From Utricularia gibba (taxonomy: Eukaryota > Plantae > Magnoliophyta), in NCBI GenBank assembly GCA_002189035.1, contig NEEC01000018.1:2356001-2420000 (forward strand): a stretch of DNA of 64,000 nt, written 5' to 3'. Positions 13,001 to 27,665 of the stretch are shown here, in pieces. A program made the translations under genes and the position numbers. The notes beneath the pieces were generated by a model, which saw only the letters and a list, made by a program, of their open reading frames with translations, ran no database searches and was not told where the DNA came from. Position 1 is the stretch's first letter, and every line of letters begins with the position of its first letter.

Positions 13001-13409
13001 TAGCCTCCGTTAATTGGGCTTGCTATTGTACCCAACCCATCGTTTACTGGGTCTATGATTCTTGAACCGACCAACTATTAACTTTACTAAGGATTTGTTG
13101 GACGTTGCAGTAATGGGCTCACTCGATCAAATTTGTTGTGGCCCAAATATATTTTTTTTGTGCAACTCGACGGTAACAATTTATTCAACGCCTGAAGATT
13201 CTGATTCCATTTCCCTCCTCTTTTCCACCATTTTCCAGATTATTGGATCCGCGCTCTCGCTTCATCGATCTCGTAATCTCATTTTTCAGTTTTCTGTACC
13301 ATGAACTTGATCGTTCAATGGTGGGATTTCGTGTGAATTGATACATTTTTTTGTAGTGTTAGGGTTTATATCGTGGATGCAACGTCGATTTTGTTAAGAG
13401 ACAAATCTG

Positions 13410-15024
<1,615 letters not shown>

Positions 15025-16537
15025 GGTTAACCAACACCAGTCTGTTATGCCAGTTTCTCCTTATTCCATGCCTCAGTTTCAACACCCTGCTTCTCTGGAT
15101 TGTGGTACGCACTGCGTGGAGCTGCAGGGTTGTGGATTTGGTTTTGTAGTGTGCGGAAATACCATTGTTTCTGATATTGGTTGAAAAACCCCCCCTATGC
15201 TGCCCATTTTACTACGTTCACTGCGAACATGGAAGGGTGGACGAAGGCAAGATGAACCCCTGTAAAAAGTTTAGGGAGGGAGGACACAAACATGTGAGAG
15301 TCGAGTTGAGGATGCAGCACATACTCTGGATATATCCCTGCAAGCCTCGACATGTTTCTAGCGAATCACATGCAGGTATCAGTATCACACTGAATTGGTG
15401 ATGCAGCCCACTGGCTCGCGTCCACCTTATCTGTCTGGTCCGTGCTCGATAACCCTCCAAATCTCCAGTGAATTCGTAAAACACATACCCAAATCCGTCT
15501 GGTCTGAAGATTTCGAGCCTCAGTAGTGACCTTCTATCCTAATTTCAAGTCGGTGAAAATTTGCAGGAAAGAATGTTACTAGAAGAGGAAGGCAGAATAT
15601 GTAGGAGGTAATTCCAAAAAGAGCTACTATTTGCGCTTTCTATGTGAACGTCAAGCACAATACGAAGCAAGCAGCTTCCGTCGTGGAAATGGGAAAAGAA
15701 AACCCGCAGTGTCGTGTACCTGATTCCTTCGTTGCAAAGGAGACATTAAAAATTGATTCCCCGGTCTAAAATATCTTTGAATTGTCTTGTATTGTACGAG
15801 ACAGCTACGGTGTTTTTTGTCCTTGCTTGTCTTTCTTTATTATTTCATATCATTTTAGATTTGTTGTGACGCCTGACATCATCGCCTGGACTTGGACTGG
15901 AGTTGAATTGGACGGATCTCTGTGGACCGTCGCTTTTTTTTTTTTTTTTCTCCTTTTTTTCGTTAGGGTTAATCACTTGACTTTTAATACGTAAAACGAC
16001 GTCCTTGGTTCCGCCAATTGGGGCGCCACGTGAATCATCGGTTTTCACGAACCCAATCGCGCCCGATCTCCCCTCAACCAATCAGGCTCGAGAGCCCACG
16101 TGGGGCCTATCCACATGGCGTCTCACCTGCATATGTTTTTCAGAGTAGTTCGGACCCCCCTCCCCCGCCCACCTCGTTGACTAACTCTACCACCGCTCTG
16201 CCGTGCAATAAATACCTTACGTTAGAGATCCAGCTGCGTCACTTTATAATTCTTGACTTTTCTCAATTCCATTCCTCTATTCTGTTTCTTTTTTTTTTTG
16301 AGGTATTCTAACAAAAAAAGAAGGTTTTTTTTTTATCTTGTAACGAAATTGGAATACCGACCACGTGACCATTTCACGGTGGGGTCCACAGACGGAAAAC
16401 CCAATAAGAGGAAGAAAAAAGAAAAAAAAAACGAGTTCAATCTGCATTTTCCTTCTGCTCTAGCTTCTTCCAACTCCCATTCCCCCCGTATAAGTCAATA
16501 GGAACAGGGCGGGGGTGCTTCTTCCACCACCACCACC

Positions 16538-16983
16538 ATGGGATCCTCCGACTCTTCTGCTGAGTACATCCACATGGTAACAGCGCACGCCTCCAGCTTT
16601 GCAATGGATTTTTTTTTCCGCACATCGCGTGTGTGTGTGTTTGTTTTTTTTTTTTTTTTTTTTGTTTGAGATGAAGAGATTGCAGGTTCACAATATGATA
16701 GAGCGGTGCATAATCTTCAACATGAGCAGAGAAGAATGCATGGAAGCACTCTCCAAACACGCGAACGTCAAGCCCGTCATCACTTCCACAGGCAAGAACA
16801 TTCTGTTCTTTCTAGTGTGCAATTTCTCGCATGTCTTAGGAAAAGATTGGAATTGGTGCAGTGTGGAAGGAGCTGGAGAAGGAGAACAGGGAGTTCTTCG
16901 AGGACTTCGAGAAGAAAAGGAGAAGAAGAGCTTCGGATGCGGAGTCGAGGGTAGGGAAATCCGGCGATACTATTGATTCTTGA
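16538..16983 (+). CDS. Plant-specific TIGR01589 (A_thal_3526) family protein
   Basis: Exons 16538-16576, 16686-16791, 16862-16983 give MGSSDSSAEYIHMVHNMIERCIIFNMSREECMEALSKHANVKPVITSTVWKELEKENREFFEDF...; the second intron has a GC donor. Confidence 0.88.
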
Positions 16984-18845
16984 CCACCGCCGCGGCGGCG
17001 ACGATCGCTGGCAGACATGTGCCCATGGGTGCGCGTGTAGATACGGGTCAGCCCCACGTGTCACCACTCTTCATTTATTTATTTACTTCCGCCCGCCCAC
17101 GTTGCAACCCCCTAACGGGCCGGGCCGGGCCGGCCCACATTCAGTGCTCCTTCTGGTACTCCATCTCCACGTCGCTGCGGGAGAAAGAAGGGTGACATGA
17201 CGGCGAGGGCTTCCACAGCTAAATCCGTTCTTCAGTTAAATATCTTATAATTTATAATTCCGTCAATCAAATACATGGTATTATATTTGTTTAAAAATAT
17301 GTAATCCCATTAGACTATTTTTATTTAATAATATTTTTTAAAAAAATGGAAGTTGAAAGTTGATAACTCATTACTCTATATTTCTTATTTTTTTAGATTG
17401 ATAATAAAATGAATTATATTTTGAATAATGTGGGGCATGATATTAAAAAATATGTAGAGTATATGTTTGAGTTTGAAGTGCAGCTATGAATGATGGTGTT
17501 GTAGATTCCATGATATGCGTGGCCACATAAATACGCTACCATCTAATAAAATTAATTATGTGAAAATAATAGCCCTGCATTAATCCGGGTACTTGAAATA
17601 CAAAATTGTTGGACACGCTATTGCACATCAACCAAGGTGACGTGGGATGCCCCGTTCTTGGACACGTGTTTTGGGGCCCACCGTTCTCATACTGCACCCG
17701 CTCCTCTGGTATCTTTCAAACCCTGGCTCGGGTATCCGAGAAAAGAAGCACTCGTCGTTGGCACGCTTCAGTTCCGCCATTAATGTACACCTACAAGCTC
17801 TCCCTAGCATGCTACCCGTGTCTCTTTTTCTCCCTCAACAAGTACCGAAGGTGGATGGATCATGGATTTATCACTTTTATGGTAAGAATTTGTCGTTTCC
17901 CGTTGTTCACGGAGATGCGTTAGTCCCACCCATATTTGCGTAATGCGTTGGAAGATCTGCTTAATCCGATTGTATTTTTTTTGTTCATGATCAGCTAAAG
18001 AAGTAGTGAGAACACGATGAAGATATATCTGGATGGTGTCGAGTTTGCATCGCGCTCTGTTTTTTTTTTTTTTTTTTTTTTTTTGTCGGAGAAGACGCGT
18101 GAATTGAAAGCTCATGAAGTTTTTTCTTCGGTTTGAGTTTCTGTGAAAGAAATGGAGAGATTGCGGATAAGGAAATCGATAAGCACTTCCTGCAGTGAAG
18201 GTTTGAGTTTTCTCTAGACAAAAATCTCTTTTTCGAATTTTTTGAAATCGGAATGGAGTGCCTGGTAATCCTAACCTTAAATCTCGTCAGGCTGCTTGCG
18301 GTGCACCACTTTTCATGATGCATCAGCTTTTTATTTCAAAGAACCATAAAGTGTTCCCCATTTTTCTTGTTGTGTAGAAACAGACAGCTTTTTTCTAAAT
18401 CTGAGAGTTTGATTCCTTATCATGTCCTTGTTTATTCTGAAAACCAACAGGAACTACAGCTCACGTTCCAAAGTTTGAAAAGTTTTGATGGAAAGGGGCG
18501 TATGATGGAAAGCCTCCTCTTACGTTGTCTGTTATTTTGTTGCTCATTCTCGTCTTGACCTCTGATTTTTTTTTTCTTTCGAGACACCGCAAATCATGGC
18601 TTTATCTATTAAGGGAGTAGCATGTTTTTTAACCTCGCTTTCTCTTTTTTCTGCTTTTGTGCAAATTCAAACTCATGCCCATCTTTTTCTCTTGGTTTCC
18701 CTCGCGTTTAACTTTTGAGACATGCATCTGGTTTCCTACAGAATTTCAAACTAACTCCCACTCTTTTTGCTGTAAAATTGTCAGTTGTTTCAGCAATCTT
18801 ATGCTGTGATTCCAGAGTTGTTTGATTTAGAAATTTTGAACAGGA

Positions 18846-21800
18846 ATGCGACAGAGCTTGAAGCATAAATCTCCTTCAAGGTTGCCCTCAGCTTCCTCTT
18901 ATACCTTTACTGGTGGAAGCAAGTGGGGAAATGAAGTGGTCTGTAACAATATGATTGTGTTCACAATAAGCTTTCGTTTTATTTTATCATGTTAAGTAGA
19001 TCCGTGATTTTTTTTTTCTGGTTTCTGCAGATCATTTTTGGGGTGGAGAAGATGCCTACAATGAAAAAGTTACTTGCCGAGGAAATGTCAAGGCAAAGTG
19101 AACCCAGTAAACGAGCACCCAGTGCGATTGTGAAGTTAATGGGTGTTGAAGCACTGCCATCCCCGAAACATGTTCATAGACAACATAGAAATTCAGACAT
19201 TTGCCAACAGACGGATGCTGCTCTCCTGAATTCGCAATTTCTTGATCATGGGTACCGGAGAAGTTCAATGGGCCATCAGGAATTCAAGGATGTATACGAG
19301 GACTTTGAAGCATCACATGCTGTGAAGCGTAGATGTTCTTCGAGGCGGAATGCAAGATCAATTGTCACGACACTTGGTATGACGCCAATTCAGCGTAAGT
19401 TGCTTGATGCTGAACAACTTGTATGTGATGAAATGCTTCAAGACTTGGAAGCTATGGATGATACATTGGAGATGCATGAGTCCCATGAGTGTGCAATGCT
19501 AAATTTTCACAAGCAACCGGATTCCCTTGTTGTGAAGTGTGGTCCGCAATTTGTTTCTAAGAGTTATCGTGGTAGCCCTATAACAGTCTTGGCACCGTTG
19601 GATTCGGAAAAGTATGAGAACAAGGCAAAAACATGGAGATCAGAGAAGCAGAATTATGATAAGCTCTATTCTATTTCTTCCCTGACCCGTAAAGATGGCA
19701 TTCTCCTGGAAGTCAATCCCCGCAGATCTCATCTATTTCGGAGTTGTCGTAGGTCTCTCCTGGAAGAAGATGATGAGGAAAATGTGCTTCTTAAAACAAT
19801 GGATATGCTAAAGCCGAAACAAGGGAAGATCAGATTTGCAGGGTCATCTTGTTCATTGACTCAGCTGCCACATGAATATGGGTGCAAGCATCACCTTCAA
19901 AGGGAATATCGTAGAACCAGAGACGCTCAGAAGGTAACACAGACTAGGAAATTTCAATCTCATAAGATTCGTTTGCCACGGCCAATGTCCAGAGAAGCTA
20001 TGGAAATTTCTCGAAGAATTGCTATGAGAATGAGAGAAGGCTGGGATGAATACGTGGATGCCAACTCCACTTCCTTTGATGGATACATCGGGGATGCGAG
20101 CTCAAATGAAAGTGATTCCGGAACCGAACTGGATCTATTTCAATCACGTTCTAGGAAGTCACTCTCTGAAACTGAACTATGTGGATTTCCGCTCTCTTCT
20201 CGTGGGGAATCGCCTGTTAATACAGAAGCCAGGAAGCAGCTATCCAAGAGGTGGAAGCCGATTCAGAATTATCCAAACATGGAAATGACTCACGATGGTA
20301 GTACATTAGCAGAGATGCTTTCCCTGTCTGATCGAGAGTCTACCTCCGGTTATCCAACCTCAAGGATTTGTTTTGGTAGGCTAAACAATCAGTCTCACTG
20401 CTACAAGGCAGCTGCAAAAAACAATACTCCTTTAGGAATCAGTAGCAGGGATGGCTGGAAAGACGATATGAGCACAAGGCAATGTAGATCAAGATCACTC
20501 TCTGCATCTCATGGCATCCACGAGGATTCATTGGAAGAAAACCAGCATAAGTGCAGTTGTGGGGTGTACCGTGGTAGAAATAAACTGAATAAGGGAAACC
20601 TAAACCAGAAAGAAGGATATCGTTTACCTAATGTTTCAAGTTCCTGTGATGGTAGGCCTCATTTCTTCCAGACAGTGACTAATCAAGACGCGTACTGTTT
20701 AGCAGCATCCAGTTTCAAGGTTCAGCCGGATGTAGCTTTTCCAGATGCATCTGGAGAGCCATCAAGCTTGCAAGTTGCTGCAGATGAAGTCGTGTACGAA
20801 TCCCCCCTCGATGAGGTAACGTTGGCTCCCATTCTAGAAGGCATGATTATACCTTCAACATCTTTTGGTATATCCACGATGCATTCTTCTGATGGTCCCG
20901 AGTTCACTGATTGTTGCAAAAACTGGATTGCCAAGGTACGCGTGTTGGTTTCACTGAGGTATTTTCATGCTTAGTCGGTATATATATTTGTTGAAGATAT
21001 TAAAAATGGCTACTTCCATGATGATGATTCAGGAGGCACCGGTTATTAGAAGTGCTGGTGAGCCCGAGTCATCAGAAAGCTTCAAGGAAGCTGACCATCC
21101 AAGTCCAGTTTCAGTCCTTGAAGCTCCTTGTCGTTGCGATACATCCTCAGGGGAAAGTATTGAAAAAGCCAGTGGTGCACTTCATGGTACGAACTTCTAT
21201 AAAAAAACTGCAGTTTTCCGAAATTCCCGAAAATGCTTGCGGGCAAAGCATGACTCCTCAAGTGGGGGTAGTTATTTGACTTTCCTCGTCCTTGCTCGCA
21301 GAACTGCGAAACCAGCTGCAGCTGCTCAACACCGACGCCACTCTTCTGCTCGCTGATAAGGACACTACCAGTTCCGTTTCTGGGAACATCGCTGGTCACG
21401 CACCAGAGCGCTGGCAAAATTCGTATGTATTGGACTTGCTGATCCGATCCCCTGTCGAAGACTCCGACTTCAGGGCCATCTGGCACAGCCCTTCAGACGC
21501 AAAGCTGTTTGAGGATCTTGAAAAGAAGTACAGCGGTGCAATGATGGGATCCAAGCCAGAAAGGAGGCTGCTCTTTGACAGATTGAACGCATCTCTGCTG
21601 GAGATTTTGGAGGACCATGTGGACTCCTCTCCCTGGGTGATGCCGAAGCTCCGGGGATGGTTTCCGGAATGGGAGAAAGAAGCAGTTGCCGCTGCCATCG
21701 ACAGGTTGATGATGAATGAAGACGCGCCGCAGTGGGATGAGCCAGAAAGAGAACTGGACAGGGAGATGCAGTGGTCGGATGTCCGGGGAGAAATCAACCT

Positions 21801-21951
21801 CGTGGGTGTTGAAATGGAGAGCCTGTTGATGGATGAACTCATGTCGGAGTGTTGCTGCCTAGTGCCTACCTACCAGGGGAATTTCCGGGCCGAAGTAGCG
21901 GGTTTTCGTTGGGCCGGCGAGAACAGCTGCTCTCCGGGCCTCCAAAAGTGA
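18846..21951 (+). CDS. TRM: TON1-recruiting motif (TRM) family protein, DUF3741/DUF4378
   Basis: MKKLLAEEMS, APSAIVKLMGVEALP (VARLMG-type motif), QEFKDVYE, PSPVSVLEAP and C-terminal ERRLLFDRLN...MESLLMDELM. Exons about 19031-20935, 21033-21186, 21302-21951; first exon (ATG 18846) is uncertain. Confidence 0.82.
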
Positions 21952-22412
21952 AGCTTAAGCAGGGCTCCTCCAGTAGAGAGAATGGTATTATTTAGGGTTC
22001 GTTGGAACGGAAAGATGCCCAGTTGTTTCTAAAGAGAAATCAACGGGATTTCGTGTACGGCAGTCCCCCAGCACCAAATATACACCTACATCATCATTTA
22101 CGTGCAGGTGCACTCGCTGCAACTGCATTGTACCAAACATAACTGACATCAGGGAACTCCGCAGCTCAGAGGCTTCCCTCCAGACTCTGGAGATTCAATT
22201 CCAGGGGTTCTTAAAATTAGACAGAAAATGCAACACTAGTAACTGCTCACCTAATGCCTCTGCCCGTTTCTCAATGCCTCCCCCTACACGAAAGCACTTG
22301 TCTATTCAAAGGATGAACATCGATGCCTAAACACATCCACACACACAAAGAAGGAAGCAGACCGTCTTATAAATCCCTCTTCCTCTGTGTTTCTTGAAAC
22401 CTTGAACCATCC

Positions 22413-24515
22413 ATGAGTTTTCGGAGCGACACCTTCTCCATTGACAGCGACAGGCCCTTTTTGGGGGCGAGCCCATGTCACTCAATCCAGCTTAGCCGCC
22501 GGAAAACTACTCTCAGCGAGCTCATGGACGATGATCACCTGATCATTGAGATTCCCCAGCCTCCTACCGCCGCGATGTTTGTGCTCTCGTTTCAAAACCT
22601 TAGCTACACCGTGAAACCTCGTAGATTTTGCCGAGGTGGTGAGGTGACGGATAAGCCATCGAAGCTTCTGCTTGATGATGTATCCGGCGAGGCTAGAGAC
22701 GGTGAAATCATGGCAGTTCTCGGTGCTAGCGGCTCCGGGAAATCGACGTTGATCGATGCATTAGCGGGACGAATATCGAGGGAGAGTTTAAAAGGAAGCG
22801 TGAATCTCAACGGCCAAGCCATTGAATCCAAGCTTCTGAAAGTGATATCAGCTTACGTTATGCAAGATGATCTTCTTTTCCCAATGCTCACTGTCGAAGA
22901 AACTCTGATGTTCTCAGCTGAATTCCGGCTACCGAGAACCATGCCCAAGTCCCAAAAAAAAGCCAGAGTCTTGACTCTTATCGACCAATTGGGCCTCCGC
23001 AGCGCCGCCCAGACGGTGATAGGAGACGAAGGTCACCGCGGTGTTTCTGGCGGTGAGCGGAGACGGGTTTCAATCGGAATCGACATAATCCACGATCCCA
23101 TTATCCTGTTTCTTGATGAACCAACGTCTGGGCTCGATTCGACCTCAGCTTTCATGGTGGTCAAGGTGTTGCAAAGAATTGCTCAAAGTGGGAGCATCGT
23201 GATTATGTCTATTCATCAGCCGAGTTACAGAATTCTTAGCCTTTTATCCCATCTGATCATTCTTTCCGCCGGAAAAATTGTTTTTAGCGGTTCTCCGGCG
23301 AGTATCCCCTGTTTTTTCGCCGAGTTTGGAAACCCAATTCCGGTAAACAGCGATAGGATTGAATTTGCCCTGGATTTCATTACAGAGCATGAAAAATCTC
23401 CATCAGGGAACAAGAATCTGTCAGAATTCTACCAAGCGTGGAACAAGAACAATGGCAGGAGCTTAAATGCGCTGAATCTCAGTCTTTCAGACGCCATAAC
23501 CGTGAGCATTTCAAGAGGGAAACTCGTCTCCGGAGGCACAGATTCCGATCGCATCTCTTCTTCTGTACCGAAATACGCAAATCCCATTTGGAAAGAAGTG
23601 ATTATAATTGCGAAAAGATCAATCACCAACTCGAACCGTGCGCCGGAGCTGTTCGCCACGAGATTCGCGGCGGTTCTGATCACCGGAATAATCCTCGCCA
23701 CCACTTTCTGGCGACTAGACAATTCGCCTAAAGGGGTTAAAGAAAAGGTCGGATTCTTTGCTTTCGCCATTTCCACAACCTTCTATACTTGTGCAGAAGC
23801 GCTCCCAGTTTTTCTCCTCCAGAGATACATTTTCATCAGAGAAACATCTCACAATTCCTACAGACGCTCTTCTTTCGTACTCTCCCACGCCTTAATCTCA
23901 ATTCCATCTCTGCTAGTCCTCTCTCTCGCATTCTCCGCAACCACTTTCTGGGCAGTTGGATTATCAGGAGGGACAACTGGATTTCTGTCCTTCTTCGGAT
24001 TCACCATGGCAGCATTCTGGGCGGGAAGCTCCTTGGTAACATTTCTTTCAGGAATCATCGTAAATTTGATGATGGCTTACACCATCGTCGTCGCTCTATT
24101 AGCCTACTTCCTTCTGTTCAGTGGCTTCTTCATCAGCCGCGATAGGATCCCAAGTTACATGATCTGGCTCCACTACGTTTCTCTGGTGAAATATCCCTAC
24201 CAAGGAGTGATGCAGAACGAATTTGACGATCCCCTGAAATGCCTGGTGAGAGGGGTCCAAGTGTTCGAGGATACGCCTCTGAGAACAGCGCCGGATTCCG
24301 TGAAGCTGATGCTTCTGAAATCGGCGGGCGGTGTTTTGGGGATGAACATCACGAGCTCAACTTGCTTAACTACCGGAGTGGATATTCTGAATCAGGCAGG
24401 TGTCATGGATATAGGGAAATGGAATTGCTTGTTGATCACCATTCTCTGGGGGTTTTTCTTCAGGGCTTTATTTTACGTCACTCTGTTGATTTGGAGCAAG
24501 AACAAGAGAAGGTGA
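22413..24515 (+). CDS. ABCG: ABCG half-size (WBC) transporter, ABCG1/2/6/16/20 clade, intronless, 700 aa
   Basis: Walker [10 protein letters not shown], signature VSGGERRRV, Walker [13 protein letters not shown], followed by a six-helix ABC2 membrane domain ending [10 protein letters not shown]. Confidence 0.96.
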   Translation: MSFRSDTFSIDSDRPFLGASPCHSIQLSRRKTTLSELMDDDHLIIEIPQPPTAAMFVLSFQNLSYTVKPRRFCRGGEVTDKPSKLLLDDVSGEARDGEIMAVLGASGSGKSTLIDALAGRISRESLKGSVNLNGQAIESKLLKVISAYVMQDDLLFPMLTVEETLMFSAEFRLPRTMPKSQKKARVLTLIDQLGLRSAAQTVIGDEGHRGVSGGERRRVSIGIDIIHDPIILFLDEPTSGLDSTSAFMVVKVLQRIAQSGSIVIMSIHQPSYRILSLLSHLIILSAGKIVFSGSPASIPCFFAEFGNPIPVNSDRIEFALDFITEHEKSPSGNKNLSEFYQAWNKNNGRSLNALNLSLSDAITVSISRGKLVSGGTDSDRISSSVPKYANPIWKEVIIIAKRSITNSNRAPELFATRFAAVLITGIILATTFWRLDNSPKGVKEKVGFFAFAISTTFYTCAEALPVFLLQRYIFIRETSHNSYRRSSFVLSHALISIPSLLVLSLAFSATTFWAVGLSGGTTGFLSFFGFTMAAFWAGSSLVTFLSGIIVNLMMAYTIVVALLAYFLLFSGFFISRDRIPSYMIWLHYVSLVKYPYQGVMQNEFDDPLKCLVRGVQVFEDTPLRTAPDSVKLMLLKSAGGVLGMNITSSTCLTTGVDILNQAGVMDIGKWNCLLITILWGFFFRALFYVTLLIWSKNKRR

Positions 24516-25158
24516 TCGGAAGCGGCTGAAACCGCCATTGATGTGAATCTCATACTTTTCCGTCTGTAGCTTGTAAGTTGATTTCGAAATCTTTTTGGGC
24601 TTATGGGACCCTCATTGTAGACAAACAAATCCCAATCTTTCGTGATTGTCGAACTTCACTCCCGCTCGTGACAGTTTGTTTAGTTAGACTCAATTGCTGT
24701 TTGCTTCTCCGACCGACTCATTCGCTCTTTCTGGGGATACAGAACTCCCAGCCATGGCAGCCGACTGCGTTTCTTCTAGTATCAGCTGCTCGGAAGTTCC
24801 AGCTCAGTTGGTTGGCTCAAAGGTAACCCCCACTCCCTTTTCCACACAACAGTCGCAGCTCATGAACCAGAAGGCATTCATAGCCCCGAGACGGGAAAGA
24901 CTTCTTATCCAATTCATGGAAGAAAATCAATTTCTAACAGTCGATATAGATGACGCTTCCCTACACCTGAAGTGTAGAAGAATGGAACGATGGAAACCCG
25001 AAGGTACCAGACCGAAGAAGTGATCGTAGATCCGAGTGCTCGCATGCTGAGAATAATCACCACCACAATTGAAGCCTGAAGGCCACATTGCATTGATAAA
25101 ATGGGGAGGGTTCACAGAATTGCCCACCCCTGGTTAGGCAGTTCTTATCTTGAACTCA

Positions 25159-25761
25159 TCAGATCTTCGACTTTCCCGGTTCTTTTGGTAGGCTTCGAAG
25201 GAACGGACCATCTAAAAAGAATGCCGGTGCAAGAATGAAATGTAAGATCAAAACAGACTACAGTTTCAAGTTTCAGCTAGGAGGCGCCACACCACTTTCC
25301 ATGTCTTCATCGCCTTCAGCTTTACCTTGAAATGAACCATTCTTCCTGCTGCTGCTCCTGCTTTTAACAGATCTATGAGCAGATTTGTCTTTCTTGTTGA
25401 TGATCCCTTCTGCTATAGCTCTCAAAGGAAGATGGACGTCCAAGGGATCCAGTATTTCCAATACCTCATTTAAATCTACATCTTCAGAATCACCATCTTC
25501 GTATCTAACCTGATACCACTCCATTTCTGAATCATAGCCTGTTATGACACCCTTGAAAAAGTGACCATCGAACAGCTTATGCACTTCCCTTCCAACCAAC
25601 CATTCACCAAAGCAGGGAAGCTGTTGTGAAATCGTAAGGGGTGAAGGAAACAGATCGGACACGGATGAGGGCAGCGGCGGCAACCCGTTTACTACAATGG
25701 CTGGTTCCCCAGAGATCTCGAAGACCGATTCCATGACATCCTTCTTACCTCCATCTTCCAT
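25159..25761 (-). CDS. PTM/DIR17-like Tudor-domain protein (often annotated dirigent protein 17-like); 3' exon uncertain
   Basis: MESVFEISGEPAIVVNGLPP...GEWLVGREVHKLFDGHFFKGVITGYDSEMEWYQVRYEDGDSED Tudor-like pattern. Donor CAAG|GTAAAG at 25326/25325; frame-compatible exon 25211-25159; unspliced frame stops at 25273. Confidence 0.7.
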
Positions 25762-27665
25762 TTCCCCAACATTTAAATCTACAACGAACAGTACTCCGCG
25801 TCACATGATGGCTCAAACACATTCACGGGATTTTCCTCAAGAAGTAACAAGATCATCATCCCCAACAAACAAATCCCAATTTCATGGGATCTGAATACAG
25901 AGAATAGACAAGAACAGCGCCCGAAGAAACGAAACCGACAAAACCTGAACCATTCTTACGATATCACCAACCGCAATCGTCGTGTGGCAGAAAAACTCCA
26001 GCCTCCCGTACCCGAAAATCCTGAAAAACAGCAGCGTCTCGTCAGTAAAATCAACAGCCTCTAAATCGATCCCCGCCAACCCACACCATATTTGGAAGTT
26101 TTCGATTCCCGCCCAATAGCATCTGATGAGTTCAAGAAACCCTAGAATCGAAGGAAAGCCCGGAGAAGACGCATCTGATTGATGTATCTATTCAGGGTGG
26201 GCCCTTCCATGAAGGGGCCCATTAATGTCTAAAAATATGGAAATTAATTTCCACATCAGCAACCACATGCTGCTCACTTAATTGTAACATACAAGGCTTC
26301 ATCGTGGAATAATTAAGAACTTGCTGGCGGCTTTATCTCACAAGGCTTTGGACTTTTAAGCCCTTATGTCCCCTAAACGTTAGGCCACGGGTGGACACAT
26401 TGCACCATATATTATATAATTTTCCCTTATGGGCGTTGGGGGGCTGAACCGAGCCCTTTTTTTGTTATTTAAATTATTTTGTACCGAAGCAATTTCTACT
26501 TTTATTTTTTTTAATGCGCCAGTTGGTCAACACGTTTTGTGGGGCCCCTGGAAACTGTGTATTATAAAACTGAAACAACTGTTTTTATGTAAGTATTCGG
26601 GTGGGGTTGCATCTGACATTTCTTTAAAACGGTGTCGTTTCGGAGGTTGAGTTTTGCAGTGATGCTTTAATGGCCGGGGGCGACGAGTGGCAGTCACCAG
26701 ATATGCCTCCAGTTGGCATCACCTTCATGAATTTACTCATCACTTCTACACATAGCTGCAATTTAAGCTTCAAAGCACTAATAATGATAGGCTAGCTGGC
26801 TATGCGTGTTGTGTAGGAAGGCATAGAGAGAAACAAAATGAGAGTTTGGGGAGCAGTAGTATACCATGAAAATGGGGGTGAATGTGGTGGCTTGTTGTTG
26901 TAATCCATGAAACGAGAGAGATGAAAGTGTGCATGACGAGTGATCTTTGGCAATGCATATCCGGATGGAGTAAAAAAGCAGCAAGCTTTATTTAATCTTC
27001 GACAAGTAATTTGTATGGGGTTTGTCTCCAACCTAACACTCTCATCTCACGTCATTCCTATGGTGGTATTTTTTTTGGCAATAGAGTCCATTGGTAAAAT
27101 TTTCTAGGGGAAGCGGTGGTGGTCCGGCTCTTCCATTTATGATTCGCCCCAACTTGTTCGTCCAATAGGGAGTTTCTATGGCGACTTAACGAGGCATTTC
27201 ATTGCAAATATTAGCTGGGTTTTTTTGTGTTTCTTAATCAGCATATTTTCTTCTTCTGCGTTTCGTTTTTTGCTCTTGGGGAGAAAGAACGGAGGCCCTT
27301 ATCGTGGGTCGCTTATTTGATTTTGTCCGTTCGTCGCCGGAGCAACGCCCATCTCAATCAGATCGTGTTTGTGGGTTACAGCTAAAAATTATTGTTGTTA
27401 GGTTACATAAAAAAGAAGGGGATTCAAGGGGGTTTGTGGGTCATCGAATCCTGCTTTTTTGGTTTACTGTCGGTTCCCTGTCTCTTGTTTTCGCATATTA
27501 ATGGTGCTTAGCTTTTATGCTGGTAGCGCGTTTCCTGTAATTGTGGGTTTGGAGAAGCTGGGGATATTGATGTTGTCATTCCGTAACATGTTTGCTGGTT
27601 CATTTGGTTGATTTGTTTCAAGTCCTTTCAAATCTGCGGGTGTTAGAATTCAGGGATCTTGGAAA

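Noticed and set aside
15165-15560. Short ORFs after RabE1, including minus-strand EIWRVIEHG resembling copia gag
   Set aside because: Only about 9 residues of similarity, surrounded by stops; not distinguishable from chance without a profile search.
17606-18323. ORFs between the TIGR01589 and TRM genes
   Set aside because: No recognisable motifs; they cross poly-T runs and promoter-type G-box/TCP sites.
21841-21951. TRM C-terminal extension and a possible fifth frameshift (alternative frame VAA*)
   Set aside because: No conserved motif lies downstream to anchor the frame, so a simple stop-codon shift is equally likely.
26119-26180. TGATGA...CTGA with a 9-bp GCATCTGAT direct repeat
   Set aside because: Too short for a C/D snoRNA, no recognisable rRNA guide, and it lies in the promoter of the Tudor-like gene.
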